A stretch of 64,000 bases of DNA from an uncultured Chloroflexia bacterium (GCA_963765765.1 CAVXYC010000001.1:224001-288000); one strand, 5' to 3'. Counted from the stretch's first letter, positions 1 through 12,262 are shown. Translations and numbers: made by a program. The notes: generated by a model not told the origin, from the letters alone.

Positions 1-3000
1 CTGGTGGTGCAGATGGAGGCGCGCCTTGCGGTCGTCCGCCTCCTTGGCGGCATCCGCGCCTGGGACGACGGCTTTCGGCGTCTGCAGCGAGTCTGCGGTG
101 AGCGCGGAATCCCGTTGATCGCGCTGCCGGGAGACCAGCAGGCAGATGCGCAGCTTGCCGCCGCTTGCACCGTATTGCCCGAGATCAGCCAGCGCGCCTA
201 CGAGTACTTTCAGCATGGCGGCGCGGCCAACATGTTGCACCTGCTGCTCTATCTGGCAAACAGCACGCTCGGCGCGACATACGATGTCCAACCGGCGCGT
301 GAGCTTGCCTGGGAGGGCGTGTATCATCCCGAGCTGGGCGGCGAGACGACGCTCGAAGCGCTCACGGAGCGCTGGTGCCCAGAGCAGCCAACCGTTGGCA
401 TCGTGTTCTATCGCGCCCACTGGATGAGCGGAAACCTCGCCTGGCTGGACGCGCTTGTCCACGCGCTCGAGTCCGTCGGTGCAAACGTGCTGCCGCTGTT
501 CTGCTACAGCATGCTCCATGGCGCACAACGTGACTCCGAGTCGCTGCCGCCCGTGGTGCAGAACTACCTGGTGGATGACCAGGGAAGAACACGCGTCGAT
601 TCGCTCATCAGCACGCTCAGCTTTTCGCTTGCTCGGGTGACCGTGCAGGGCGCGGCCCTGGCGGACGGGTGGAGCGCCGAGTTGCTGGACGCCCTGGACG
701 TGCCGGTGCTGCAGGCCATCGTTTCCACGAGCTCGCGGGAGCGCTGGCAGGGAAGCAGCGGCGGCCTCAGTCCCATCGATACCGCCATGAATGTGGCCAT
801 GCCAGAGTTCGACGGCCGCATCATCACCGTGCCGATCTGCTTCAAGGAAACCGTGCATCAAGATCCGCGGATCGGTGGCGCGGTCTCTCGTTACGTGCCA
901 GATGAAGAGCGCGTTGCGATGCTTGCATCCATGGCCGTTCGCTGGTCAAACCTGCGCAAGAAACCCCTTGCAGAGAAGCGCGTAGCATTCGTTCTCAGCA
1001 ACTATCCAACCCGCAACGCCCGCATCGGCAACGCGGTGGGCCTGGACACACCGGCGTCGCTGCTGAATATCCTGCGCGCGATGAGGGACGCTGGATACAG
1101 CACCGGCGAGCTTCCGGAAACCGGAGATGCACTCATCCACGCGCTGATTGATCGCTGCTCCTACGATACGGAGTTTCTCACCGATGCCCAGGCCCGCAAC
1201 GCGCCCGGTCAGGTGCCAGCCAAGCAGTACGCTGGCTGGTTCGACGGCTTACAGTCATCCGTGCAGACCCGGCTCCGCGACGCGTGGGGCGAGCCACCCG
1301 GCACGGTGTACACGGTCGATGAGAGGCTGATGATTCCGGGGCTGATCTTCGGCAACGTTTTCGTTGGGATCCAGCCGCCACGTGGGTTCGGTGAGAACCC
1401 GGTGGCGATCTATCACAACCCCGATCTTCCGCCCACGCACCATTATCTGGGCTTCTATCGATGGCTGCGCGACGACTTTGGCGCCGACGCGGTGGTACAT
1501 GTTGGTAAGCACGGGACGCTCGAGTGGCTACCGGGCAAGGCTGTTGGCCTGTCCGCCGAGTGCTACCCCGACGCGGTCTTGCAGGACCTACCGCATTTCT
1601 ATCCGTTCATCGTCAACAACCCTGGCGAGGGCGCGCAGGCCAAGCGTCGGGCCCACGCCACCATCATTGACCATCTCATTCCGGCCATGACCACCGCCGA
1701 GAGCTACAACGAGATCATGGCGCTCGAGCAGTACATGGACGAGTACTACCAGGTGCAGACGCTTGACCCTGCAAAGCTGCCGATGATCCAGACAGCGTAT
1801 CTGGGAGATCGTCCAGTCGGCCCGGCTGGACGAGGATCTTGGTGAACATCACGTCCCGCAAGACTTCGATGCGTTCTTGCTCCATCTCGACGGGTATATC
1901 TGCGAGCTGAAGGACGCACTGATTCGCGATGGCCTGCACATTCTCGGTGAAGCCGCCGAGCGGTGAGCAGGAGGCGGGCCTGTTGCTGGCGCTGACTCGA
2001 TTGGAGAACCCGGGAGTGCCGAGTCTGCGGTCTGCCATCGCTTCAGCGGCTGGGTTGGACTATTTCGTTCTGGAGCAGGATCCGGGACAGCCGTTTGTCG
2101 GTGCGCTACCCGAGATGCTGGATGGGATCGCTGATCACGATTCTGTGCGACTGAATGGGGATGTGATCGAGAGGATCGAGGCGGTGGGTCGGGAGCTGAT
2201 TGAGGGGATACAGCAAGGAGGCGGTCCCCAGCCCAATCTCCCTCGCCCTTTGGGAGAGGGATGGGGTGAGGGGCGCGACGTGCGGGATGTCGCTCCCCTC
2301 ACTCCATCCCTCTCCCAAAGGGCGAGGGAGATTGGCGGTGGAGGCGGATTCATCTGTTCTCAATACCGTCCTCGATGCAATACAGCACACTCTGCGCCCC
2401 GCCCTCGCCCGCACAACTGATGAGATCACCAATCTCCTGCGCGGCCTGGATGGACGGTACGTCCCGGCTGGACCCAGCGGGGCGCCCACGCGCGGGCTGG
2501 CCAATGTGCTGCCCACGGGTCGCAATTTCTACTCCGTGGACCCGAACACCATCCCATCCACAGCAGCCTGGGAGGTTGGTCGCGGACTAGCCGATCGACT
2601 CCTGGAGCGGTATCTCGAGGACGAAGGTCGTTATCCTGATACCGTTGGGCTGGTGATCTGGGGAACGTCAGCCATGCGCACACACGGCGACGATATCGCT
2701 GAAGCGCTCTGGCTGCTTGGCGTGCGTCCGATCTGGCAAGTGGAGAATCGGAGGGTCCGCGGCCTGGAGATTATCCCGCTCGATGAGCTCGGTCATCCGC
2801 GGATCGATGTGACCGTGCGGATCAGCGGGTTCTTTCGAGACGCGTTCCCTAATCTGATGCACTTGATGGATGACGCGGTGCGGCTGGTGGCTGACCTTGA
2901 TGAGCCGGATGATCAGAACTTCGTTGCCGCGCACGTCCGCCGCGAGACAGCACTAGCAACCGCGCGCGGCGATGATCCCGAGTCAGCGCGCGAGCAAGCG

Positions 3001-3730
3001 TTGTTCCGCATCTTCGGCAGCAAGCCGGGTACTTATGGCGCAGGCATCCTTCCGCTGCTTGATGAGCGCAATTGGGAATCAGACGAAGATCTGGCCAATG
3101 TCTATCGTGCCTGGGGTTGCTACGCCTACACGCGGAACGATTACGGCCGCGAATCTCCAAAGGAGTTCGATCGGCGCTTCAGTCAAATCGTGGTGGCGGT
3201 GAAGAACCAGGACAATCGTGAGCATGACATCTTCGATAGCGATGACTACATGCAGTTCCACGGCGGCATGATCGCTACGATCCGCGCTCTTACGGGCTCC
3301 AATCCCACGCGCTACTTCGGCGATAGCGCTAATCCAGCCGCACCGCGCGTGCGCGACCTGGCGGATGAAGCGCGACGGGTGTTCCGCACACGCGTCATCA
3401 ATCCCAAGTGGATCAGCTCGGTCCAACGTCACGGCTACAAGGGCGCCTTCGAGATGGCTGCAACGATGGACTACCTCTTCGGCTATGACGCAACGGCTCA
3501 GGTGGTGGAGGACTGGATGTACGAGCGGGTGGCGCAGGCGTACGTGCTGGACCCTCAGGTGCGTCAGTTCTTCGAAGAGAAGAATCCCTGGGCTCTCCGG
3601 TCCATTATCGAGCGGCTCTTTGAAGCTAACGACCGAGGGCTCTGGGAGAATCGCACCCGACGAGATCACACAGGCGATGCGTCAAATCTATCTCGACACA
3701 GAAGGCAACTTGGAAGGAAGAAATGGCTAG
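1..3730 (+). CDS. cobN: Cobaltochelatase subunit CobN (5' end outside window; split by frameshifts near ~1800, ~1940, 2200-2340 and ~3655)
   Basis: ORFs 4..1845, 1929..2420 and 2200..3738 carry CobN motifs: [101 protein letters not shown]. The true C-terminus ([15 protein letters not shown]) is in another frame, ending at 3730. Confidence 0.95.
2233..2335. repeat. Palindromic REP/RPE-like element inside cobN
   Basis: 47-bp arms 2233-2279 and 2289-2335 are reverse complements with 2 mismatches. Each arm contains its own CCCTC(T/G)CCC-nnn-GGG(C/A)GAGGG hairpin. Confidence 0.9.
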
Positions 3731-5714
3731 GGAGATGACGGACAATTTATCCAACGCGTCTGCCGTCCATGGTCCGCCATCCAGCCGTCCGTTATTCCCG
3801 TTCTCCGCCATCGTTGGCCAGGAGCAGATGAAGCGCGCCCTGCTTCTTAATGCGATCAGCCCGGGTATCGGCGGGGTTCTCATCCGCGGGGAAAAGGGCA
3901 CGGCCAAGAGCACCGCGGCAAGAGCGCTGGCGCGCCTTCTACCGGCGATCCAAACCGTGCCCGGCTGCCCCTTCGCCTGCACGCCGGATGCGCCATTTGC
4001 CGAGTGCCCCACGTGCGGTTCGGGTCAGACGGTGTCGGAGACTCAGGAGCGCCCAGCGCCCCTGATCTCACTGCCACTTGGTGCCACGGAGGACCGTGTG
4101 CTCGGCACCCTGGATTTGGAGCGGGCGATCAAAGAAGGTACGCGGAGCTTTGAGCCCGGTCTATTGGCGGCCGCGCATCGTGGGATCCTCTATATCGACG
4201 AAGTGAATCTGCTCAGCGACCACCTCGTAGACGTGCTCCTGGATGCCGCGGCCATGGGCGTCAACGTCGTAGAGCGCGAGGGGATCTCTGTTGAACATCC
4301 CGCGCGTTTCATGCTGGTGGGCACGATGAACCCTGAGGAGGGTGAGCTCAGGCCGCAGCTTCTTGATCGATTCGGTCTGGCCGTGGACGTGAGCGGCATC
4401 CCAGATCCGGCTGAGCGGGCGGAGATCGTGAAACGCAGGATTCGTTATGAAGCGAATCCTGCCATCTTTGCCGCGGAGTGGGAGCAGAGAGAAGATGCTG
4501 AGCGAGCACGCATTCAGGCGGCCATCGCGCTTCTGCCAAGCATCCATTTGAGCGATCGGATGCTCGCCCTGATTACTCGATTGTGCGCTGAGCTCAAGGT
4601 TGACGGTCTTCGAGCAGACATCGTGATCTATAAGGCAGCGCTCGCCATCGCAGCGTATGACGGGCGTCAGAACGTGACGGACGATGATGTGCGCCAGGCC
4701 GCCGAGCTTGCCCTTCCGCATCGACGCCGACGCGGTCCTTTCCAGCAACCTCGCCTGGATCCCGAGGAGCTTCAGGACGCGCTGGAGCGCGCCCAGCAAC
4801 CGCAGCCATCCGCGGAGACCGCGGCCGACGATCGTTCCGACGAGGACAACGAGGCTCCTGAGGAAGTGTTCGGCATAATCCCCTCGCCTCCTCTCTCGAT
4901 TCCTGACGCTCAACGTCGTTCGACGCATGCAATGGGCCGTCGCTCGAATTCGGATACGCATGAGCCGCACGGTCGCATCTCTGGCTTCTCCCCGCTTGAC
5001 CAGAGCTCGTCGCGCTCTCTAGCGCTCGGTCCCACGCTGCGGGTCGCCGCGCCGCGACAGATGGAACGCATGACGGACGGTAGCCTGGCCCTCCAGATCG
5101 CTCCTGACGATGTGCGTGTGTATGAGCGTACTGCCCAGGCCGGCAATCTGGTGCTCTTTGTCGTTGACTCCAGCGGCTCCATGGGTGCGCGCCGCCGGAT
5201 GGAATCGGTAAAGGGCGCCGTTCTCGGCATGCTGACAGACGCGTACCAGAAGCGCGATCGGGTAGGGATCATCGCGTTCCGCGGCGCACGCGCGGAGCTG
5301 TTGCTTCCTCCGACGTCAAGCGTGGAGCGTGCAGAGCGGTGCTTGAGTCAGCTCCCAACTGGCGGACGAACGCCGCTGGCCGACGGCTTACGGCTAGCAC
5401 TGGAAACCGTCGTCAGAGTGATGAGATTCGAGCCAGTGCGTCCGTTCGTCGTGCTGATCACAGATGGCCGGACCAACGTGGCGCTCCACGGTCAGGACCC
5501 TCTGACCGACGCGCGCGAGGTGGGCCAACAGATCGCGGCACTTGGAGTTGGCGGCATCGTTGTGAATACCGAGGAGGGGCGTCTGAAACTGGACCTGGCC
5601 GAGGGGCTGGCGCAAGCGTTGTCGATGCCATGCGTACCGCTTTCGGAGTTGGATTCTGCAACGCTCCTGGCAGGCCTTCAGAGTGGCCGATCGGGAGATT
5701 CGCGGTCACGCTGA
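3723..5714 (+). CDS. Magnesium-chelatase ChlI/ChlD-like fused AAA+ and vWA protein (probable CobN partner)
   Basis: [10 protein letters not shown], Walker [35 protein letters not shown]; C-terminal vWA DSSGSMG and LITDGRTN; overlaps cobN. Confidence 0.93.
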   Translation: MAREMTDNLSNASAVHGPPSSRPLFPFSAIVGQEQMKRALLLNAISPGIGGVLIRGEKGTAKSTAARALARLLPAIQTVPGCPFACTPDAPFAECPTCGSGQTVSETQERPAPLISLPLGATEDRVLGTLDLERAIKEGTRSFEPGLLAAAHRGILYIDEVNLLSDHLVDVLLDAAAMGVNVVEREGISVEHPARFMLVGTMNPEEGELRPQLLDRFGLAVDVSGIPDPAERAEIVKRRIRYEANPAIFAAEWEQREDAERARIQAAIALLPSIHLSDRMLALITRLCAELKVDGLRADIVIYKAALAIAAYDGRQNVTDDDVRQAAELALPHRRRRGPFQQPRLDPEELQDALERAQQPQPSAETAADDRSDEDNEAPEEVFGIIPSPPLSIPDAQRRSTHAMGRRSNSDTHEPHGRISGFSPLDQSSSRSLALGPTLRVAAPRQMERMTDGSLALQIAPDDVRVYERTAQAGNLVLFVVDSSGSMGARRRMESVKGAVLGMLTDAYQKRDRVGIIAFRGARAELLLPPTSSVERAERCLSQLPTGGRTPLADGLRLALETVVRVMRFEPVRPFVVLITDGRTNVALHGQDPLTDAREVGQQIAALGVGGIVVNTEEGRLKLDLAEGLAQALSMPCVPLSELDSATLLAGLQSGRSGDSRSR

Positions 5715-5905
5715 CTGCGATCGGGTAGATTAAAACATCGGCTCTAATAGCCACTCAGCACATGGCCAGCTACACTGACTGGTAATCAGGTTACGGCCGG
5801 ATCTCAGGACTGCCCGAATCGATCGAAAGGCACCGCCGGATTCCTTGACTACCCGCATATCTCGTGGCAGCCTATGCAGGAAGTACAAGATATTGTGGGT
5901 GGGAC

Positions 5906-6553
5906 ATGGCGCTTCTCATGCCGAGTCTGCTACAGCGATACGCGCTACCACCGGAAGAAATCGAGCTGCGAAGTATGCGACGTGTCGCCTCGCTTTGCCG
6001 CGGCGCGTTACCTAACGACCCCTCGGAGCAAGCCGTTGCTTTACGCATGGTCTACTCCACAGGTGATCCCACCCTTGCTTCATTAATCAAGATCAGCCCT
6101 GGGGCTGCGCGTGCCGGAGTCAACGCATTGCGCGCCGGAGCAGCCGTGGCGGTGGATGTCCGCATGGTGGACGTGGGATTGGATCGGCGACGGCTCGACG
6201 TGCTGCGCTGCCCAGTCCAGTGCGCGTTGGATTACATCCCGGAGAACGGGTCTCCTGAGCTGCCGCGCACGGCACTTGGCATGGGCGCCATTGCCAACTA
6301 CCTGGGTGGCGGCGTAGCGGTGATTGGCACGGCGCCAACGGCGTTGCTCGCGCTGCTGGACGCCGTGGATCTGGGCGCTCCACCCCCGGCGTTGGTGATC
6401 GCCACCCCGCCCGGGTTCATCGCCGCGCCCGAATCGAAGCAAGAGCTGGCCATGCGCTCAATCCCGTATATCCTCGTTCGCGGAACCCACGGCGGCGCGG
6501 CACTGGCAGTAGCAGCCGCGAATGCGCTGCTGAGGCAGGCTGTCGGGCAGTAG
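5906..6553 (+). CDS. cobH: Precorrin-8X methylmutase (CobH/CbiC)
   Basis: PEEIELRSM, RMVYSTGD, VDVRMVDVG, VIGTAPTALLAL, PPGFIAAPESK, GGAALAVAAANALL; follows the cob genes. Start codon uncertain (5864/5906/5918). Confidence 0.88.
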   Translation: MALLMPSLLQRYALPPEEIELRSMRRVASLCRGALPNDPSEQAVALRMVYSTGDPTLASLIKISPGAARAGVNALRAGAAVAVDVRMVDVGLDRRRLDVLRCPVQCALDYIPENGSPELPRTALGMGAIANYLGGGVAVIGTAPTALLALLDAVDLGAPPPALVIATPPGFIAAPESKQELAMRSIPYILVRGTHGGAALAVAAANALLRQAVGQ

Positions 6554-6667
6554 CGTCAGTCGCGGCCCATAGTGCAAGGCCTGGCAAGGCACCGCATAGG
6601 CGCGGCCAAACGCGTGTTGCCTCTCGCCGTAGAGCCTACGGCCAGCAGGTTCATCGTCTCCCGCACT

Positions 6668-6709
6668 AAGCAAGAAGCCCGGGTGAAATTTCACCCGGGC
6701 TTCTTGCTT
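6668..6709. terminator. Perfect 42-bp palindrome, probable bidirectional terminator
   Basis: AAGCAAGAAGCCCGGGTGAAATTTCACCCGGGCTTCTTGCTT is its own reverse complement and lies between convergent genes. Confidence 0.75.
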
Positions 6710-6723
6710 CGCTCAGCTTGAGC

Positions 6724-8074
6724 TTACGGTGTGGGCGTATTGGTTGCGGTCGGCGAAGGTGATGGCGACGCGGTCGGCGAAGCTGTTGCCGTTACCGTAG
6801 TCGTAGCCGTAGCCCCGCTCTCGCGAACGCGGATGGTGATCCGTGTCACCGTGGCCATCTGCTCGGCGGAGTCTCGAGCTCGCGCTTCGACCACATGGTC
6901 CCCGGGGACGGTAACCATAACGTTCCAGACCTGCGCACACTCGATCTGCTCATCACAATCAAACCGATGTTCCTCTCGAAGCACCGGATCGAAGTCGACA
7001 TCATCGTTGTCGTTGTTCGAGTCGTCTTCGACTTCCCGCCACTCGATCCAATCGAGACCCTTGTCGTCGCGACCGATCACGGTGATGTTAATGGAGTCCC
7101 CGGGATCTATTGTGTCATCGTCTGTCTGGATGGCAACTGTCGGCAGTGCGTCACCAGATACCGTGGGCGCTGGGGTGCTCGTTGGCCCTGTGGCCGGCGG
7201 GGTCGTCGGAACTGAAGGTCCAGGTCCACCGAGGTCCGGCGTAAAGGCTTCGGTCATGTTTGTTCCGCTGAGCTCGCTCGGTCGGGCAAGCCAGTTGGGT
7301 GAGCCCGGGCTGTACTGTCCGATATAGGGGGTTCCGGCCATCTGTGCAGCCAGGTCGCTAGGAAGGCCGTCGCCCGTGATCACCGTCTTGAACCAGAGGG
7401 CCAGGAGAATGCGCTCCGTACAGCGGCAGCTTCCCTGGTAGTGCATGATCGACTTCTGGAACCGCTGGTAAATGAACGAGGCGTTGGCCGGGTCGGCCGC
7501 GGGCCGAGAAGTTGGAACGCCCCAGATCTCCAGGTTTAACAGCGGAAGCAGCTCAGGGTTTCCGCCACCACTCGGGGAAGGCCGTGGCAAGATCAACGGT
7601 ACTCATGAACGTATTGAAGAAATTCACTGGCTGCCCGTTGAACTCATTTGGCGCGTTTGCACGCACAAATTCAACGACCGCGTTGGGATAGCCGGGCTGG
7701 CCAACCTGCGGAGCCGCCTGGGCCATAGCTGGATCGTTGGCTGGGAACGTTGATCCGTTCACGCGCGTCACCGGCATCAGCCCTTCCTGAAGAAGGTTCA
7801 TGGTGACGACACTACCATCAGGCAGGAGCTGCATGATGTGCCCCTGGAAGAACTGCACCTGGAATCCAAGGAAGGGGAACTCCCGCGAGATCGGGAATCC
7901 AAAAGTATTCTTTCCTCCTCGGAGATTGAAGTACTCCTGGAACTTCGCATTCCGGATGCAGAAGCCTGACTCGTTGAAACAGGTGCCCTGCGCCTCGGTC
8001 GACTGGCCACTGGGCCAGAGTGCGGCCCCGATCATCAAGCCTAAAAAGGCAAGCAATATAATCACGCGCTTCAT
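6724..8074 (-). CDS. Secreted Chloroflexi-type cell-surface protein with Pro/Thr linker and C-terminal Ig-like domain (frameshift ~7570)
   Basis: Signal peptide MKRVIILLAFLGLMIGAALWP; repeats FQEYF..RGG..FGFPISREF..VQFFQ and EIWGVPTSRP..FIYQRFQK; PT-rich tracts; joins ORFs 7553..8074 and 6724..7596. Confidence 0.75.
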
Positions 8075-8219
8075 GACACGCCTCCGAACTTAGACTTCCC
8101 TGCAAGAATGGTGCCGATATTCGAATGCCAATCGCCGGATACACGACCTCCACGGAGCGTATCCCTTCCTCTTGTTAACGGCTGCAGGCGCGAACGGTTG
8201 GCGGGAGGCGCTACTGACG

Positions 8220-9404
8220 TTAGTCGGCCAGGAGCTGGCGCGCGATCACGAGTCGCTGGATCTCGCTCGTGCCCTCATATATCGTGGTGATCCGGGCGTC
8301 CCTGAAGAGCTTCTCCACAGGATATTCACGCGAGTACCCATAGCCGCCGTGGATCTGCACAGCCCGATCAGCGCAGAAATTGGCCGCTTCACTTGCGTGA
8401 AGCTTCGCCATGCTGGCTTCTTTGGTAATGGGCAGGCCGGCCTGTCTCAAACGAGCGGCCCGGAGAATGAGCAGGCGCGAGGCTTCCACCTTTAGTGCCA
8501 TTTCTGCCAGCATCCATTGGATGGCCTGGAAGTCAGCGATCCGACGATCGAACGCTTTGCGGTCCCTGGCATAGGTCAATGACTCATCGAGCGCGCGCTG
8601 AGCGATCCCCAGCGACTGAGCAGCAATGCCGATGCGGCCGGCGTCAAGCGTGGCCATGGCGATGCGAAAGCCGAGATCCACGTCACCTAACACCGCGTCG
8701 GACGAAACGCGGCAATCCTCCAGGAAGACGAGCCGCGTGGTTGAGGCCTTGATTCCGAGCTTCTTTTCCGGTGCGCCGAGTCGAAGTCCCGGATTATCCG
8801 CCTCGATGAGGAACGCCGAGACATTTCTGCCCTTTGGCTTCTCTGGATTGGAGATCGCGTAGACCAGATAGACACCAGCTTCACCTGCATTGCTGATCCA
8901 CGCTTTGGTTCCGTTGAGAATCCAATCGTCACCGTTTCGAGTCGCCCGAGTTTGCATGCCAGCCGCGTCCGATCCAGACCCGGGCTCGCTGAGGCAATAG
9001 GATCCGATCCATTCGCCGCTGGCGAGCTTCGGGAGATAACGGTCTTTCTGGGCAGCGCTGCCGAATCTCAGAATGGGCTCGGCCACGAGAGACAGGCTCA
9101 CCGACAGCGCCAGCGCATGCACCGCGTCCGCCCGAGCGATCTCTTCCATCGCCAGCGCACTCTCCACGGATCCTGCGCCCACCCCACCGTATTCTTCCGG
9201 CAGCGTGAGGCCGAAGAGCCCGAGGTCCGCCATCCCCTTGATAGTTGCATGCGGGAACTCACCCGATTCGTCATGCTCCGCGGCGATGGGCATGATCTCC
9301 TGCTCCGCAAACTCCCGGACGGTGCGCCGGAACAAGTCCTCATCGTCACTCAAGCCGTACGAGTCTTTAAACGAGAGTTTCGGGGTGCTCCCTGACTGGG
9401 TCAT
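8220..9404 (-). CDS. Acyl-CoA dehydrogenase (short/branched-chain type)
   Basis: CLSEPGSGSDA, LNGTKAWISNA, QIHGGYGYSREYPVEKLFRDARITTIYEGTSEIQR. Confidence 0.96.
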   Translation of the reverse strand: MTQSGSTPKLSFKDSYGLSDDEDLFRRTVREFAEQEIMPIAAEHDESGEFPHATIKGMADLGLFGLTLPEEYGGVGAGSVESALAMEEIARADAVHALALSVSLSLVAEPILRFGSAAQKDRYLPKLASGEWIGSYCLSEPGSGSDAAGMQTRATRNGDDWILNGTKAWISNAGEAGVYLVYAISNPEKPKGRNVSAFLIEADNPGLRLGAPEKKLGIKASTTRLVFLEDCRVSSDAVLGDVDLGFRIAMATLDAGRIGIAAQSLGIAQRALDESLTYARDRKAFDRRIADFQAIQWMLAEMALKVEASRLLILRAARLRQAGLPITKEASMAKLHASEAANFCADRAVQIHGGYGYSREYPVEKLFRDARITTIYEGTSEIQRLVIARQLLAD

Positions 9405-9499
9405 ATCTCAGCTCCTTCAATGCTGCAGAGGACGTAGGGGCAGAAGCGACGCACGGGACTGCCGGGACTCTTGTTGTCCCATAGATCCTTCGCGTTTGT

Positions 9500-10495
9500 T
9501 CAGAATGCTGAGAGCTTGCGAACCGCCTCGATGACCCATTGCGGGTTGGGAATCACGGCGTTCTCTTCGGGACCGTTATAGGCCAGGTGGCTATCCAGCG
9601 CGGCCACGCGCATGATCGGGCCATCCAGGTCCATGAACAGCTCTTCGCCAATGAAGGCCGCGATCTCGGCACCGAAGCCCATGGTCTTGTTGGCTTCGTG
9701 CAGGATCACGACCTTGCCGGTCTTCTTCACGGTAGACGCTATGGCTTCCGTATCAAGTGGAACAAGCGTACGCAGGTCGAGGATCTCCAGTGAGATGCCC
9801 TCCTGCTCCAGGGTCAAGGCGGCCTCGCGCGCGTGGTGGACACCCACTCCATAGGTGACGATTGAAATATCGCTGCCGGGGCGATCGATCCGCGCCACCC
9901 CAATAGGAATGACTTCTTCCGCGGGAACCACCTCGCGATAGCGACGGTAGCTCTTCTTGTGTTCGAAGAAGATCACCGGGTCATCATCGCGCACGGCCGC
10001 CTTGAGCAATCCCTTGGCATCACGCGGAGTGGCCGGCACGACGACCTTGAGGCCCGGCGCGTGGCAATAAAACGTCTCTGTGCTCTGTGAATGGTAGATG
10101 CCGCCGCTCACGCCTCCGCCAAACGGCGTGCGGAACACCGCCGGGCAGCCAAATCCGCCCACGCTTCGCCATCGTAGAGTCGCAGCCTGGCTGATGATCT
10201 GATCGAAAGCCGGATGCATGTAATCGGCGAACTGGAATTCGGCCACGGGCCGCAGCCCCATCATGGCCGCGCCTATCGCGACGCCGGCAATGCCGATCTC
10301 GGCAATGGGTGTGTCCACTACGCGCAGTGGACCAAACTGGCGCTGGAGTCCCTGAGTGGCGCGGAAGACCCCACCCTTCTTGCCAACGTCCTCACCCATC
10401 ACGACGACGGTTGGATCGCGGTCCATTTCCTCGTGAAGCGCCTCGTTCACGGCCTCCACCATCGTGATTCCGCCCTCAGTGATCAAGTCAGTCAT
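9500..10495 (-). CDS. 2-oxoacid (probably branched-chain) dehydrogenase E1 beta subunit
   Basis: MGEDVGKKGGVFRAT, DTPIAE, EFQFADY, YHSQS, DDDPVIFFEHK. Confidence 0.94.
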   Translation of the reverse strand: MTDLITEGGITMVEAVNEALHEEMDRDPTVVVMGEDVGKKGGVFRATQGLQRQFGPLRVVDTPIAEIGIAGVAIGAAMMGLRPVAEFQFADYMHPAFDQIISQAATLRWRSVGGFGCPAVFRTPFGGGVSGGIYHSQSTETFYCHAPGLKVVVPATPRDAKGLLKAAVRDDDPVIFFEHKKSYRRYREVVPAEEVIPIGVARIDRPGSDISIVTYGVGVHHAREAALTLEQEGISLEILDLRTLVPLDTEAIASTVKKTGKVVILHEANKTMGFGAEIAAFIGEELFMDLDGPIMRVAALDSHLAYNGPEENAVIPNPQWVIEAVRKLSAF

Positions 10496-11536
10496 CAGAG
10501 CCGTCGGTTGGAAGGCCCTGACGCTCTAGCTCGGCCAGGAATGGGTGGGGCGGATCGCCAGCATAGAGCCACCGGTGGGCACGCTCAGCATCTGCTTCGG
10601 GTTGAGCCAGCGCACGTTGTTCTGCGTCTTCGACCATTTGAGCGATCGAATCGCGCATGGCCCGGTCCGAATCTGCGTCAAGCAGTCCGCGCACCTCGAG
10701 ATCGCGTCGCAGCTTCGGCAAAGGGTCGGCAGCCTCAGTCGCGGCGTGCTCCTCGGCGGTGCGATAAGCATCATCGTCCTGGGACGAATGTGGCGTCATG
10801 CGCGGAACCATGGCCTCGATGATCGACTGGTCCAGCGCCCGAACGAGCTCGCTCAATGGCCTCGTGGGCGGCGATAAACACCGCTCGCGCATCGGTGCCA
10901 TCCACGCGGGTTCCCGGGCATTCCGTACGCGCAGGCGCGCGCCGCGAGCGAGCCCCCGGTGATCTGAAGCGACGTCGGCACGCTGATCGCGTAGCCATTG
11001 TTCTCACACACGAACACCACGGGAAGCTGGTGGATGCCGGGAAAATTCATGGCCTCGTGCGCGGCGCCCTCAGACGATGCGCCGTCGCCGAACATGCATA
11101 CCGCCACGCTATCCTCGCCTAGCACTCGAGCGGCATAAGCCGCACCGACCGCGTGCGGAAGGTGTCCCGCGACAGCGCTGGACATCGAGCCGATGCGCAG
11201 CCTGGGACTGGAGAGGTGGATGGAAAGCTGTCGGCCGCCGGAATGTGGATCGTCAGCCCGGGCAAGGCAGCCCAGAAGCAGCTCGTACGGCGTCACGCCC
11301 AGCATGATGGCCGCGGCCATATCGCGATAGTAAAGCCAGGCTGAGTCCAGGCCCACGCGCATCGCGGCAGCCACACTGACCTGCGCAACCTCATGTCCGC
11401 GCGGCGTGAGGACAAAGCCGGCTCGCCCCTGGCGGGCCATGATCCACATACGCTCGTCCACAATTCGGCACGTGAGCACCGCGCGGTAGATGCGCAGGAG
11501 AACCTCGTCCTCCTGCTGCGGCGTCAGGCTGGACAA
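10488..11536 (-). CDS. 2-oxoacid dehydrogenase E1 alpha subunit (frameshifts ~10830-10910)
   Basis: GHEVAQ, YYRD, GGRQLSIH, TPP-binding motif FGDGASSEG..HEAMNF..ENNGYAIS, PHSSQDD..YR; overlaps the beta subunit gene. Confidence 0.9.
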
Positions 11537-11726
11537 AGGTCGATGCGGCGGCAGAATCCAGGGTCATTCGAGAAGAGATTCGTTCGTGAACCTCGCCGCA
11601 ATTATACGCGGCTGCGAGGTGTCCACCGTGCACAAACGACAGCCTGCTCTCCTGCGCTAGCGCTACTCGTCGGGCTCCCAACGTGATGGAAGGGCGGATT
11701 TCTTTTGCCACCCGTAACAGCTTCGC

Positions 11727-12149
11727 TCAGCTTTCCTTATTCCACACCACCTCGGCCTCGAGGCCGTCCGGGTCACGGAAGAAAACACTGAGGGCGCTGC
11801 CAAAGTCAGTGATCGTGCCATCGCTAGCACCTAGTTTGATCAGCCGCTCTCGAACGACGTCCAGCGCTTCGCGGCTTCCAGCATTGAGTCCCAGGTGATC
11901 GATGCGGCCACGACCGAACATCGGCGTCTGCACCTCGGCCTGAGTGTTGCCCGGAACCTGAAAGACATTCAGTGCGCTGGGTCCGCCCAGGGTCATCACC
12001 ACCATGCGCTCGCCCTCGCGCTTGCCGTGATTTGGATTGTCGAAGACCACCTCCGCGTCGAAGGCATCCTGATAGAAGCGAATGAACCGATCCATGTCCG
12101 AGGTGAGAATGGCGACGTGATTCACACCGTTGAGGACTGATTTCGACAT
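11727..12149 (-). CDS. VOC/glyoxalase family protein
   Basis: GVNHVAILTSDMDRFIRFY, IDHLGL, SVFFRDPDGLEAE. Confidence 0.9.
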   Translation of the reverse strand: MSKSVLNGVNHVAILTSDMDRFIRFYQDAFDAEVVFDNPNHGKREGERMVVMTLGGPSALNVFQVPGNTQAEVQTPMFGRGRIDHLGLNAGSREALDVVRERLIKLGASDGTITDFGSALSVFFRDPDGLEAEVVWNKES

Positions 12150-12262
12150 ACGCTGAATCTCCGGTTGCGTCTGATCTTCGCCTCAGCTTACGCCTTCAGC
12201 GTGCGGCGCAAGAGTCATCGACGGACGTCCTGACATTTCGGTGTCTATTTCCCTGTGGAAAC

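Noticed and set aside
4161-4970. Long antisense ORFs (e.g. 4161-4970, 19345-20076, 21591-22415, 35170-35898, 44897-45685)
   Set aside because: Shadow ORFs opposite well-supported genes, expected in high-GC DNA.
3723-5714. Photosynthesis (Mg-chelatase) gene or novel chelatase system
   Set aside because: ChlI/D-like partners beside cobN in place of CobST are already described; no bch genes are present.
5715-5905. Cobalamin riboswitch before cobH
   Set aside because: Only a short ACTGCCCG likeness; no AGGGAA, GCAACTGT or AGCCAG B12-box elements.
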